Notes: generated by a model not told the origin, from the letters alone. A stretch of DNA of 64,000 nucleotides from Hemiscyllium ocellatum (GCF_020745735.1 NC_083410.1:84634042-84698041); one strand, 5' to 3'; positions 40,700-54,027 are shown, counted from the stretch's first letter. Made by a program: numbers and translations.

Positions 40700-41204
40700 C
40701 TAGAAGTAAAAAGGAAATGATAATAAGTCAATGTGACAACTATAGTATATGGTCTAATTTAACTGCTCCGACACAGTAAAATGCAAGTATGCTCCTTACA
40801 AGATATTCAGAAGCCTATCACCTCAGTACTGCACTTACCAGTGAAAAACTACAGTACGTATGCTATACTCATGATGGAACAGAGAACATATAGTTTATAT
40901 CACAAGGTAATAGCATTGGGGAGTCACTGTGTAAAAAAAAAGTACAATCATTTGAAAGGTCAACTCTGAACAACTTACTTCTATGAAAAGTATTTGATCT
41001 TCTTAATTATTTTACATTGCTAAAGTTGTTCCCATACTTCAGTTTCTGTTCCATCACAACTGATGTAAAGGCAAACCAATGCAAACTTACCTCCTGAAAG
41101 TGTACCTGATAACAAAAAAAACTCTTTACCGAGTCACAGGAAAATAGGAGCAGGATTAAACCGTTCAGCCCCTTGAGCCTGCTCCAGATTCTAGATCATA
41201 GAAA

Positions 41205-43400
41205 GTGGAGAAGATTGGTTGCACAGGTTGAGGTTCTGGATATAAGTTTGCTTGCTGAGCTGGAAGGTTCGTTTTTCAGACGTTTTGTCACTATACTAGG
41301 TAACAGCATCAGTGAGCCTTCGGTGAAGCGCTGGTGTAATGTCATGCATTCTATTTATATATTTAGGTTTATTTGGGCTGGTGATGTCATATCATGTGAT
41401 GTCTTTTCCTGTTCTTTTTCTAAGAGGGTGGTAGATGGGATCCAATTCAATGCTTTTGTTGATAGACTTCTGGTTGGAATGCCAAAGAACCAAAGACACA
41501 TACATCAAACACCACCAACTTCATCAGCAAGGACAACATTGTCAAGCTAGTGGACCTATGCCTTATCATCCACTTCACCTTTAATAACAAAACCTACAGA
41601 CCAAATCAAAGGAACACCAATGCGATCTCCAATATCAGGGTTCTTAGCCAAGACAGTAATGCAGAGACTTGAACAAACAGCTCTGCCAACCATCCAACCC
41701 AAACCTTTGTCATCACTAAATGAAACGAATTACAGGAAACCTTCAAGACCATCAAATAATATACTTACTGGTATAAAATTCACAAAAGAGAAAAACAACA
41801 AACTGCCATTCCTAGAGGTCACAATAGAGCGAACAGTCAATGGGGAACTTCAAACCAGCGTCTACAGAAAAACAGCACATACAGACCAAATATTGAACTA
41901 CAGAAACAATTATCCCAACACCCACAAAACGAAGCTACATTAGAACATTATTTCAATGAGTCACCACACACTACAGCACAGAGGAACTATGCAGAGCAGA
42001 GGAAAACCACCTATACAGTGTATTCAAAAAGAACAGTACCCAATGAACACAGTCTGCCGATTTCTCAGCAACAAACACGAGAAAGGCTTGGCAGAACGGA
42101 TTAGGGAGAACACAAAGGCATTTTACACGTATGTGAGGAATAAGAGAATGGTCAAAGAAAGAGTAGGGCCGATCAGGGATAGCATAGGGAATTTGTGTGT
42201 GGAATCTGAGGAGGTAGGGGAAGCCCTAAATGAGTTTTTTGCTTCTGTCTTTACGAAAGAAACGAACTTTGTAGTGAATGAAACCTTTGAAGAGCAGGTG
42301 TGCATGCTGAAACGGATAGAGATAGAGGAAGCTGATATGCTGAAAATTTTATCAAACATGAAGATTGACAAGTCGCCAGGCCCGGACCAAATTTGTCCTC
42401 AGTTGCTTTTGGAAACGAGAAATGTAATTGCTTCGCCACTTGTGAAGATCTTTTCATCCTCACTCTCCACTGGAGTCGTACCTGAAGACTGGAGAGAGGC
42501 AAATGTAATTCCTCTCCAAGAAAGGAAATAGGGAAATCCCCGGCAATTACAGACCGTCCGTCTCACGTCTGTCATCTGCAAGGTGTTAGAAAGGATTCTG
42601 AGGGATAGGATTTATGACCATCTGGAAGAGCATGGCTTGATTAAATGCAATCAACACGGCTTTGTGAGGGGCAGGTCATGCCTCACAAACCTTACTGAGT
42701 TCTTTAGGATGTGAATAGAAAAGTTGATGAGGGTCGAGTTGTGGATGTGGTGTATGTGGACTTCAGCAAGGCATTTGATAAGGTTCCCCATGGTAGGCTC
42801 ATTCAGAAGGTCAGGAGGAATGGGATTCAGAGGAACATAGCTGTCTGGATACAGAATTGGCAGGCCAACAGAAGACAGCGAATGCTAGTAGAAGGAAAAT
42901 ATTTTAGGAAAGATATGGATGCTTTGGAGAGGGTTCAGAGGAGGTTTACCAGGATGCTGCCTGGACTGGAGGGCTTATCTTATGAGGAGAGGTTGACTGA
43001 GCTCAGACATTTTTTCATTGGAGAAAAGGAGGAGAAGAGGGGACTTAATTGAGGTATACAAGGTAATGAGAGGCATACATAGAGTCAATAGCCAGAGACT
43101 ATTTCCCAGGGCAGAAATGACTAACATGAGGGGTCATAGTTTTAAGCTGGTTGGAGGAAAGTATATCAGACCTCTTCGCATCATGATCTGCCAATATACT
43201 AAAACAGCAGCTAATGAACTTAAAAGACCCTACAGGGACAAGCAAAATGAATGTCATTTACAAAATACCGTGCAAGGACTGTAACAAACACTACATTGGA
43301 CAAACCAGCAAAAAACTAGCCACCAGGATAAATGAACATCAACTAGCCACGAAAAGACATGACCCACTCTCACTAGTATCCTGACATACAGATGTGGAAC
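41205..43400. mobile_element. Penelope-like element with inverted 5' arm (~41205-41485), interrupted by CR1 (~42078-43165)
   Basis: MRSPISGFLA, KLPFLEV, VYRKTAHTDQILNY; GIY-YIG resumes near 43250; CR1 motifs KSPGPDQI, DFSKAFDKVPH in the insert. Confidence 0.85.
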
Positions 43401-44499
43401 AGAGTAAATTCAAGCATATTTACAATCACTGCCCCCCAAGGGTTCCTTCATCTTAACCTCCCTTATCACTGTCTGCTCATTGCACAACACTAAATCCGAT
43501 ATTGCCTGTTCCCTAGTGGGTTCCACCACAAGCTGCTCCAAAAGGCCATCTCAGACATTCCACAAATTCCTTTTCTGATTTTCCTAGTTCACCTGCATAT
43601 TGAAATTCCCCATGATGACTGTGACATTGCCTTTCCTATACAGCTTTTTCTAACTCCTGGTGTATCTTGTGCCCCAGCTGCTGACTACTGTTTGGGGACC
43701 GATACATAACTCCAATTATGGCTTTTCACCTTTACAGTTCCTCAATTCTACCCACAGACTCTATACCATCTGACCCTATTCATTTCTTATTCTCGATTTA
43801 ATTTCAACAGATTAGGGTTGTTTTCCAGAGCCAGCCAAGAAGTGACTTAAATAGGGGCTTGGCTAGACTGGACAGGAATTACCTGTTCCCCCTAGCAGGA
43901 AGGTCTATTATTGGCTGCACAGATTTAAGGAGATCAGTTGAAGGTTTAATGGGGATAGAAGGAAAAACTCTCTCCCCAAAGTGTCAAGAATTTGCTGTTC
44001 AGTTGTGGTTGAGGCAGAAACCTTCAAAGGTTTTCTACGATTCTCTTACTGTTCCATTAGTGACCAGGCCCTAAACTCAACTGCCTTCCTACATGTCTCT
44101 GCCCCTCTAAATCATTTCTCTCACTCCCACACCTCTTTACTGAGTTTTTGGCCATATGAAGCTCCCTGATTTGTTCTATAAAAGTCCACGTGAAGTGTCT
44201 TAGGATGTTCCATTAATAAGTGCAACATAAATAAGTCATAAAAATAGAAAATACTGAAGAAACTCAGTTTAACATTTCAAGTCAGTTAATACTTCGAGTC
44301 AGGAATGACTTCTCCAGATTTGAAATGTGTTGGAAAGTAGATCCTTTTATACTTTTGACAGAAGCAGAGGAAGAGCAAAAGTTCAGAAGTTAGAAGTTCC
44401 AGTACAAACTACAAAAGGAGTTGTTAACAGTGGGGAAAAAAAAAGAAATGCAAGAAATGTATATTAAGATGTGAAAGGGAGCGAATTGGCCCTTTCTAG

Positions 44500-45250
44500 T
44501 AAATGCCATGTAAACAAGACAAAGACGACACGGCCGGGAGACGCGAAGAAGGCAGAAAATAAATACTCTCCATGCTAGAAGTCTCAAAAAGCACGGAAAT
44601 TTTCAGCAGCGTCTGAAGAGTGAAAACTTTTCTTCAGTGGTGGAATTTTACAACGCGAAAATGGCTCTATCTTGTCACTGCAGCCAGTAATAAGAAGGCA
44701 AGAGCTACTCAAAAACTTTACCTGCTTTCCAGCCCTACAGAATCTACTGCTTCTTGCTTCACTTTCACATCAGCCATTATTTCAATATATTGGTGCCGAT
44801 TCAATTATCAGCATGACAATATATTGGCGACAGAAGGATTTGTTTTTGGATCTGGTCTACAGTGTTGTTGACGTGCCCCTCGGTCCAATGTTGCAACTCT
44901 TGCGTTCCACGTTGTATCAAATCTCAGCATCAACGTTCCAAATGACAGGCTCACCCTCCAACCCCGGGGTTAACCATCTACAGCGTCAACTCCGAGCTGG
45001 GGGCCTTTCATTCTGCCGGCTCAGCCTCTTATTCTGCAAAAAGGCCAGAGATTCATTTGCCAGGCTGCACTCCTCGCCTCTCGTCGTTAATTACAAGCAG
45101 CGTCTTCTGTTGCCGTATGTTACACTGCAGTTCTGAAAATAGTGAAAAACCAAAGAGGCAGCGGATTAATTCTGTGACCATGTTCTCCGGCAATCTGAGA
45201 AGCAGCTATCTAGCTTGAGCTGGGGCCTGACCAGAGTTTGGCGCTTTAGC
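44500..45250 (-). promoter_or_regulatory. CpG-enriched region around the POLR3F start codon (promoter or 5' UTR exon)
   Basis: CpG elevated over background; minus-strand acceptor tttttcactattttcag before 45132. Confidence 0.5.
44722..44777 (-). CDS. POLR3F: POLR3F coding exon 1 (start codon), MADVKVKQEAVDSVGLES(R)
   Basis: Minus strand ATGGCTGATGTGAAAGTGAAG...GAAAGCAG|gtaaag; resembles the human RPC6 N-terminus MAEVKVK...ENR; phase 2 joins the next exon. Confidence 0.92.
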
Positions 45251-45647
45251 TGCAAGTCCTGTTATCAAGAGTGGTTAGTTGCAAACTTTGTGTTGCAAAG
45301 GACAAGCAATCATTTGAGACAACACGTTTGCCATCCCTCTGAGAGAGGAAAGTAGATATCTTAAAAATGCATTCGTTTAGTTTTGCTTTACGTGGGATCT
45401 GATAATGGCGCAGTAAATTTAAACAAAATCTTATCAACTGATCAAATTTAAGGAAAGTAATAACGGGGATAAGGGTGAGGAGGAGAAAATGTAGACTGGG
45501 TGAGCTTTAATTTCACATTAGGCAGAGAAAGGAATAGACGGGGCGAAAAATTTCGGATTAAGAGAAAATAAAGTAAAAATTAAAAGTTTTTAATTAGTTC
45601 GTAGAATCAGCTAGTTACTCCCATCAATCTGACACTTGAAATGTGGA

Positions 45648-45853
45648 CGGGCAGGTGTTGGATTGGGGTGACAAAGTTAAAAAAATCACACCAGGTTATA
45701 GTCCAACAGGTTTGTTTAGAAGCACTAACTTTCGGAGCACTGCCCGTTCAACAGGCGATTCTACAACCACTGTATGAAGGAGCAGCACTTGGAAAGCTAA
45801 TGCTTCCAAGTAAGCCTGTTTTATTATAATTTGATGTTGTGTGATTTCTAACC
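45648..45853. mobile_element. Fold-back element of a third PLE terminal-repeat family
   Basis: Inverted arms around AAACCTGTTGGACTATAACCTGG-like sequence, decayed hammerhead-like core; single arms at ~6830-6930 and ~9945-10025. Confidence 0.6.
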
Positions 45854-47255
45854 ATGTTAAAATGGTGAGAGACTGATAATTAAAGTTAGCTTTCTGTGAT
45901 GATTTTAGTTTATAAAATGCAACGACTTCATGCCATAAGAGCGGCTAGGTAGCCGTTTTCCTAAAACTAACCCGAGCACAACTCGGATATCAACATTGTG
46001 GACTTTTTAAATTTACCATGCAACTTCCCTTCACCTGAAACTATTTCTGTGGAGTCTGACATTTTTAAAAATTATTTATCACAATCCCATTTGGAAGTTA
46101 GTCCGAAATCTGATTCTGCCACCATTTCAGGTTAATGCATTTCAGATTCGATTTCCCAAGTTAAAAGATGGGACGAGGAACAAAAATTTTTTTTGGGAAT
46201 ACAAATAAATAAATCACTGGTAATCTAAAGATTGGTCAAAAAAGTATGTTTTAAGATATGCTATCAGAATATGCAGGTACGATAGTAGAAAGAAAGTTCA
46301 ATATACCTTGTAGAGATCTTTAAAGTTATAAAGAGGCTCAATGGGGTAGATGTAAGGAAACTGTTTTCACTTGTGAATGAGACCAGAGCAAGGGGCAAAA
46401 ATATAGCCACTAACAGTACTAAGAATAATTTCTTTAAATTTTAAATGGGATGATTGAATCAGATATCATTGATAAATTTAAGAAGTAACTTGTAGGATAA
46501 AATTACTATAGCACAGGACAAAGCCACTCAACTCATTATGTCCATGCTGACGGTGCACCATACTGCCATCCCATTGTCCTGAAACCATATCCCGCAAATT
46601 CCTCCTTTTCAAATATCCCAATAATTTATAAATGTTTATGGCACAGAAGAAGGCCGCACGTCATTTTCACTTTACGCTGCTGAAAAGTGAGTCAACCTGT
46701 CTAATCCTTTTGTAGCACTTGGTCCTTAATCTCTGGAGGTTTCAAGTGCCTATCAGAGACCCTTCAAATGCGTTGAAGGTTGCTGCTTCAACTTTTAGGC
46801 AATGAGTTCCAAACTCCTACCAATGTCTGGATGTAAAACATTTTTGTCGTCTCCCCTCCAATCTTCCTAAGAATCACTTTAAATATATGCACCCCAGTCA
46901 TAACCCCTCTGCCAAGGACAAATAGATTTTTCCCATCCATTCTGTTCAAGCCCCTCTCAACCTGTACACCACAATTAAATCTACCGTCAGCCTCCACCTA
47001 AGCCTACCCAATCGTTCTTCGTAGCTGCAATTCTCCAATTCTGGCCACATCTTTGTAACATCTCCTCTGTATCCATTGGATGGCAGTTACATCCTTTCTG
47101 AAATGAGGGGACAAGAACTGTACACAGTACAGTACTCAATTTTTGGTGTAACTAATGTTTCTATATGCCTTCTTAAAGACAATATATATCTGACTCGTAA
47201 TTGAACGTAGGGATTTGAGGACATGGGGTAATCAGAGTTAGAGGAGATTAATGTT

Positions 47256-47435
47256 AGCAAGTTGTGAGAAGATTTGTAGCTCAAGTTGAGGTTCTGGATG
47301 TAGTTTGCTCGCTGAGCTGGAAGGTTCATTTTCAGATGTTTCGTCACCTTACTAGGTAACATCTTCAATGAGCCTAGTATGGTGACGAAACTTCTGAAAA
47401 CAAACCTTCCGTCTCAGCAAGCAAACCTACATCCA
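47256..47435. mobile_element. Fold-back mini-PLE (Poseidon-type terminal repeat)
   Basis: ~64-bp inverted arms, one-sided tail, TSD GAGATTAATGTT at 47244-47255 and 47436-47447. Confidence 0.82.
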
Positions 47436-49094
47436 GAGATTAATGTTGCGTATAAATAAATACTAGTGTAGATCTGGTGAGTCAAGTGACTTGATTCTGT
47501 GGTGTAGGTACTATATAATTGCCATAGAGGGGGAATTTCAAAGTAAAAAGGTGCAGGTTGGAATTTGATATCTTCTCCCACTGTCAGATAGTAATTTTTT
47601 CAGAGCTTACATCAAACAAGAATGCAATGGCGCACAAGTTTGTTTGCATTACATAAAAAATATTCTAATCAACTTGTTAGCCACTATATTTTATATTCCA
47701 ATGAAACTACTTATTTTTATGCAAACTACTGTAAGTACAGCAATCACTCTGGTGTGAAAAAATGAGGAGGGATGTACCAATTGAATAATTGTAGGAAAAT
47801 GAAAGTGTTAGGTGCAGGAATAGGTTGAGTTCTTCTGTAACTAGAGGAGTAGTAACAGCTTCAAATGGGAATAGTGGTCTAATCTGCATATGTCGTGACA
47901 GAGTATCCTATTATCCAAAACATCCACCCAATTCAGGTGATAATTTTATTATAGCAAACAGGACCCTATGACCCAAATAGGATACCAGATGTCAAATACA
48001 GTCACACTTCTTGTTGGCCGTTTTGGACACATGATGATCAGTTCCATGGGTAATTGAACCAAAGTTATTTTGTGGGATCCTGAGAAAAAGGAGACGCAAC
48101 AAGCATTAAATTGGCCATTGCTGACTTGGGAATCCTCCCAACGATTTGCCTTGCTGTAAACTGCCCAATTCTGAATGCAGCAAACTATAGAGGACAACTA
48201 TTTGGCATTCCCTGGTTTATCTGCCAATATTAAAAGAGTTTAGAGGACCCGACAACCACCTGGAAAACTCTGGGCAGCCAAGTAGAGCAAGTCAAAACAG
48301 ATTCATGGGAAAGTTGAACTTTAGAAGCAAGAGTAGGACATTAGGCCCTTCGAGCCTTTTCCACCTTCAGTAAGATCATGGCAGACCTAGTTGCGATAGG
48401 AACTCCATTTCCTCATTCCATAACTTGGAATGGGCAGGTTGTCTTATGAAGAATGGGGGTTTTCAGGTATGAAGAATGGTTTTCAGGCTATTCTTGTATC
48501 CACTGCAGTTTAGAAAAGTGAGAGGTGACTTGATTGAAACAAAAAAAAATCCTGAACAGTCTTGACAGGGTGCATATGAAAAGATATTTCCTCTTGTGGG
48601 AGAACCTATATTTCAGGGTTACTGTTTACAAATAAGGGGTCACTTATTTCAATCAGAAACAAAGATTTTTTTTCTTACAGGGTTGTGGGTCTTTGGTACT
48701 GTCATCTTCAAAAAGCAATTGAAGCAGAATCTTTGAATATTGTAAGACAAAGATTGTTGGATTCTTGATGAGCAAGGGAACTAAAAGTAATTAGGGTGAG
48801 GTAGAAATGTGGACTAATCAAAATCAGTCTGATCTTAGAGAATGGTGGAGCAGGCTTGAGGGGACAAGTGAGGGGCCATTCCTGATGTAGGTCTTTAGCC
48901 CAAAACATCAATTTTCCTGCTCCTCAGATGCAGCCTGACTTGCTGTGCTTTTCCAGCACCACTCTAATCTTGACTCTGATCTCCAACATCTGCAGTCCTC
49001 ACTTTCGCCACCTTGAGGGGCCAAGTGGTCTACCCCTGCTCCTAAATTTGCATATGTACACCACAAGGTCCCAAGTCTGAGTCTTGGCTTCTGT

Positions 49095-49445
49095 TGAGGT
49101 ACTTTTAAAAACACAATCACTGTTGTAGGAACTAAGAAATGCAGTAGCTAATTTGTACTCAGCAAGTTTCCAAAAAAAGTGATAACGATCTGATAATCTT
49201 TTTGTTAATTTGTTCATGAGGGATAAATATTGGCCAGAATACAAAGGATAACTCCCCTGTTCTTATTTACAGTAATGCCATAGAATATTTTATGTCCACC
49301 TGAGACAGTAGACAACTGTATTTGAACGTCTTATTGGAAAGATGGCAGCTCTGATGGTATAGCACTCTCAGTACTACACTAAGTGCCATAGTGTTCATTA
49401 TATGAATCCATAACTTTTGAGTTAGAAATAAGACTGCTATGATCT
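49095..49445 (-). mobile_element. DeuSINE-like element (SacSINE1/AmnSINE1-related)
   Basis: Reverse complement contains CTCAGGTGGACATAAAATATTCTATGGCATT...CTGGCCAATATTTATCCCTCA, resembling the Deu domain; related copies near 22330, 54200 and 61770. Confidence 0.65.
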
Positions 49446-49839
49446 GAACTGCCCCTCTTTACAATTGCATGTTCAGAAACACCATATTTTGGCTTAAAAC
49501 TTCAACAAAGCATGATCTACCTGTTTGGGTGGCTTAGCAGAGCTTGTGGCTCGTTTTAAAGACTCACTGGGCTTTGCCGAACGTTGTGGCCAATATTCAT
49601 CCTAATGGCAAACTTTTAGAATGTGCCCCTGTGCTTCACCACATTGTTGCAGAATACTGGTTGGTTCTGAATCTCAGGCATTCTGCCTAGATCAGAGTTC
49701 TTAATCTCTTAATGTTTGGGAAGGAACTGACGGGATCGACTGAAATGTAAGCCCTGGACACAACTGCTAGTCTTAGTAACCAACCAGGTCTGAGACTGGG
49801 TCACCCCATGCCTACCTGGCCACACCTGGACCCCCCTCA

Positions 49840-50070
49840 CCTGCCTCTTCGGCTAAACTCTAACTGCGCATGCGTCGTTCCCAGGCGCCGTTGCTAATGC
49901 CGCTGTAAGAGTTGATTTGATTGCTTGTGGCGGTTGCCAGGCGACAAGAGACGGCCCATCGGAGGAGCCGTAGCCGCGCAGTGCGGGTGTTGCTAGGAGC
50001 GAGACCGAGGTGTTCGTGCAAAGCGGCATCTGGGTAGAGTCGCATAACGCTGTTTCTGGTGCGTCGGTTT
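49840..50070. promoter_or_regulatory. CpG-rich promoter, likely DZANK1 (possibly bidirectional)
   Basis: CpG cluster; NRF1-like TGCGCATGCG 49865-49874; RFX X-box GTTGCCAGGCGAC 49933-49945 and half-site GTTGCTAGG 49989-49997; donor-like sites on both strands. Confidence 0.75.
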
Positions 50071-50087
50071 GTTATTTATGAAGTGCC

Positions 50088-50107
50088 AATAATAATAATA
50101 ATAATAA
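50088..50107. repeat. (AAT)n microsatellite
   Basis: About six AAT units just downstream of the CpG island. Confidence 0.8.
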
Positions 50108-51486
50108 CAATGCCAGTAATAATTGGGTCATTAGTTATTGACACGAGGAGGAGGTTTTAATGGTTAAATTATTGGACTGTTATTCTCGAGGCCTGGATGA
50201 ATGAGCCAGAGATATCGAGCTGAATCTGTAGTGGAGTGGGCCGGGGCATCAGGTGGCTCTGTGCTGCTGTTGGCTAGCACTGCCTTGTCTTCAGGACCTT
50301 TTGGAGCTGGGTTTTTGGGGATAGTGAAAGGCCACTTGTCAGAGGCTGACTGGACTTTTGTTTCAGTCGTCTTACAGCCCCACCAGGTCTGTTCCCCAGG
50401 GGTGGCTTCTCCTTAGCAGATCATGGTAGCGGAACTCCAGATCAGTCTTGTGGCCCTTCCCAGTAAGCGGGTGACAGGTCCCATGGTAGCTGTCACTATT
50501 CTTTGCTTGAGCATTTTAAAAGTTACTGCGTGGATTGCAGCATTATAGGGTACCTTCTCCTAAATCTACAACAGCGGGCTTCTGCTTCTTTCAAGATGAA
50601 GGATTGAGAGTCCACCTTGCTGTTCATAATTGGACAGTGATTGTGCCCTTTGTCCACTGTTGCTAGTTCAGGGAAAATCACTATTTGGTGACTGCTTCTC
50701 AGGGCCCAGACCTGAAATGCAAAATCCTTACCTTGAACTTAAACCTCCCCAGGGCAGCTGGACAATTTAAATTGTGGTAATTAAATCATTTTGGAATCGA
50801 GAAACAGCTATGCCCCTTTTAAAGCCTGGAAACTACTGCATTAAAGCGCAGTATAAATCCATCTGGCTTACTAATATTTTACTAATAGAGAAAGAAGTCT
50901 GCAGTCTCTATCCTATTTAGTGTATATGTAGCTCCAGACCCACATAAGTACTATTGTCTTTCAATTGCCCTCTGAACTGGCCTAGCAAGCCACTCTGTTA
51001 TTTATAAAATGACTCACCAGAAAGGTAGTGAGGGATGAATGAAAATCATTACCTCATTATTAATTATATTCACTTCCTGCATTAATAAGAAAAGTCAGAA
51101 TTATTAATAAACAATCCTATTATTAATTATCATTGGAGTTATAATTGAATCACTAATTAATTGGAGGTTATTTATAATCCATGTAGTTACTGATAATCAT
51201 TGTAATTTTTAAATATTGAACTTATTGATACTCATTGAGATAACAAATTTTCCTTGGCTTGTGTATGCTATGTAACATACACAACATGTAATATTCATTA
51301 TGCTACTAACCATCATTTGATATTAATTAGCATTGTTATTTGAATTCTTTATGAATAACTACTAGTATTAATAATTGGAGAAATTTATTATTATGATAGT
51401 ATTAAATTAATAATTGAAGTAAATGATTATTAACAACATAATTGGGTGTAGATTACTGGGGTTATTTACAATTTTGGGTTTTTTTT

Positions 51487-51792
51487 TTAGATTAGACTTA
51501 CAGTGTGGAAACAGGCCCTTCGGCCCAACAAGTCCACACCGACCCGCCGAAGCGAAACCCACCCATACCCCTACATTTACGTCTTACCTAACACTACGGG
51601 CAATTTTGCATGGCCAATTCACCTGACCCGCACATCTTTGGACTGTGGGAGGAAACCGGAGCACCCGGAGGAAACCCACGCTGACACGGGGAGAACGTGC
51701 AAACTCCACACAGTCAGTCGCCTGAGTCAGGAACTGAACCCGGGTCTCAGGCGCTGTGAGGCAGCAGTGCTAACCACTGTGCCACCGTGCCG
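51487..51792 (-). mobile_element. HE1-type V-SINE, young CpG-rich copy
   Basis: Head, V-domain and TCTAATCTAAAA tail. Confidence 0.9.
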
Positions 51793-51872
51793 ATCCCGTC
51801 AGTTCCTTTCTTGCTCATAAATTTAATTATTTGAGTTTGTTTGTTTGGTGAGACTCATGCTGTCATTGATAG

Positions 51873-52172
<300 letters not shown>

Positions 52173-53252
52173 TGATATGGAGTGGTTTCTAACATTGAGA
52201 TTGCCACCAAACATTCACATTATTAGAATCTCAGAAATATATTTGCTTCCAGATGCAAAGGTCACTACTTCTTCAGTCAGTCATTTTGTGCTCTTCCAAT
52301 TTTAGCCTCTTTTGGGTCACCAGTTTTTATTGCTTCACCAACAATGGCTGAACTTTCAGCTTCTAGTCCCTAAACTCTGGAATTCTTTCCATAACTCTCT
52401 GCTTCTTTCTCCTTCTTGAAAGATCTCTGTTAAAACTCACTGGTCCAAGTAGCTCCTCTGTCTTGGTGTCAAATTGGTGTCTGATTGTTTCTCTGAAGCA
52501 CTTTCAAATCTTAGAATAGTACTGCATAGAAACAAGTGACTGTAAATCATATCCCAGTTGTTTCAAAGAGCAGCCCCTTAACCTTATCCCCTAGTCTTTT
52601 CCATAACCTGCAATTTGTTTTTCTTCCAAATATTTATCGAGTTACCTCTTGATTGCCAACACTAAATCTGCTCCCTATCATGGTACACGTGTGTTCCAAA
52701 TCCAAACTAATCTTTGAATAAAGCATTGATTTCATGTCATCTCTGGTTCTTCTATCAGTCAGCTTAAATCTGTGCCGGCTGGTTACTGACCATTCAGTGA
52801 TTGGAAAATGTTTTTGTTTTCTTGTCCACAAACCTCATAATTTTAAACAAGTTTGACAAATTTGTTTAAAAACAAATCTGCAGATTTTGAAATTGTGCTG
52901 TATCCATGGGTCCAATGATTAATATCTATTTATAACAGCGATGATCCATGCACTGATCACTGAGAACTCCACTGTGAACCCTCCTCCAGTCTGAGAAATA
53001 GCCACCCACTATAACTCTGTTTTCTATGCCATGACCAATCTTGTATCTGGCACTGCTATCACTTTTATCCTATGGGCTCCAGTTTTACCAACAAGTCTCA
53101 TACTTAATCAAGCATTAGTTGCACTGCCATCATCCACCTTCTTGGTTACCTCATGAAAAAACTTAAACAAGTTACTCAAACATGATTTGTCATTTACAAT
53201 TCCGCATGGGCTCAGCTTTATTAGTTCAATATAAATGTACTTTCTTGTTTTC

Positions 53253-54027
53253 AGTTTTTGAGAAGATGTCTAGCTCAGGTTGTAAATTTGCTTACAGAGC
53301 TGGTAGATCTTTCTCAGATGTTTCATCACCATGCTAGGTAACATCGTCAGTGAGCCTCTCTTAAAGCGCTGGTGTTCTGTCCCACTTTCTGCTTATGTGC
53401 CTTGGGTCTATTACAGTGGGTGATATCATTTCCTGTTCTTTTTCTCAGAGGTTGGTAAATGGGGTCTGAATCAATGTGTTTATTGGTGCAGTTAGCCCAC
53501 AAACCTACTAACACAGAGAAGCAGTTACTGATGAACTTAAAGAGCCCTGTACCAACAGCAAGCAAAACAAATGTCACATACAAGTACACTGCAAGGACTG
53601 CAACAAATGCTACATCGGACAGACAGGCAGTAAACTCACACCAAGATACACAAGCACCAACTAGCCAACAAAAGACGTGACCAGCTATCACTACTATCCT
53701 TACACACAGATAAAAAGGACACCATTTCGACTGGGACAACACATCCATCTTAGGACAGGCTAAACAGAGAGACACATGAGAATTCCCAGAGGCTTGGCAT
53801 TCAAGCCTTAACTCTGTCTTTAAACACATCGATTTGGACCCCATTTATCAACCTCTGAGAAAAAGAACAGGAAATGATATGACCCAACTTCACAGATCAA
53901 GACACATTAATAGAAAACAGGACAGAATGCCAGCGCTTCAACGGAGGCTCACTGATAATGTTACCTAGCAAGGTCACGAAACGTCTGACAACAAATCTAC
54001 TAGCTTAGTGAGCAAACTTACAACTTT
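53253..54027. mobile_element. Fold-back Penelope-like element with a GIY-YIG remnant
   Basis: Minus arm ~53258-53488, plus arm ~53490-54027; degenerate TSD TACTTTCTTGTTTTC 53238-53252 vs TACTTTGTTGTTCTC 54028-54042. Confidence 0.82.

Noticed and set aside
41956-42531. 191-aa ORF that looks like a novel protein
   Set aside because: Accidental fusion of Penelope and CR1 ORF2 fragments.
44672-45136. 154-aa plus-strand ORF antisense to the POLR3F start
   Set aside because: Non-ATG start and no homology; overlaps the real exon on the other strand.
51040-51480. Very AT-rich TAAT/ATTA-dense block in the first DZANK1 intron
   Set aside because: Low complexity with no clear periodic unit or structure I can support.
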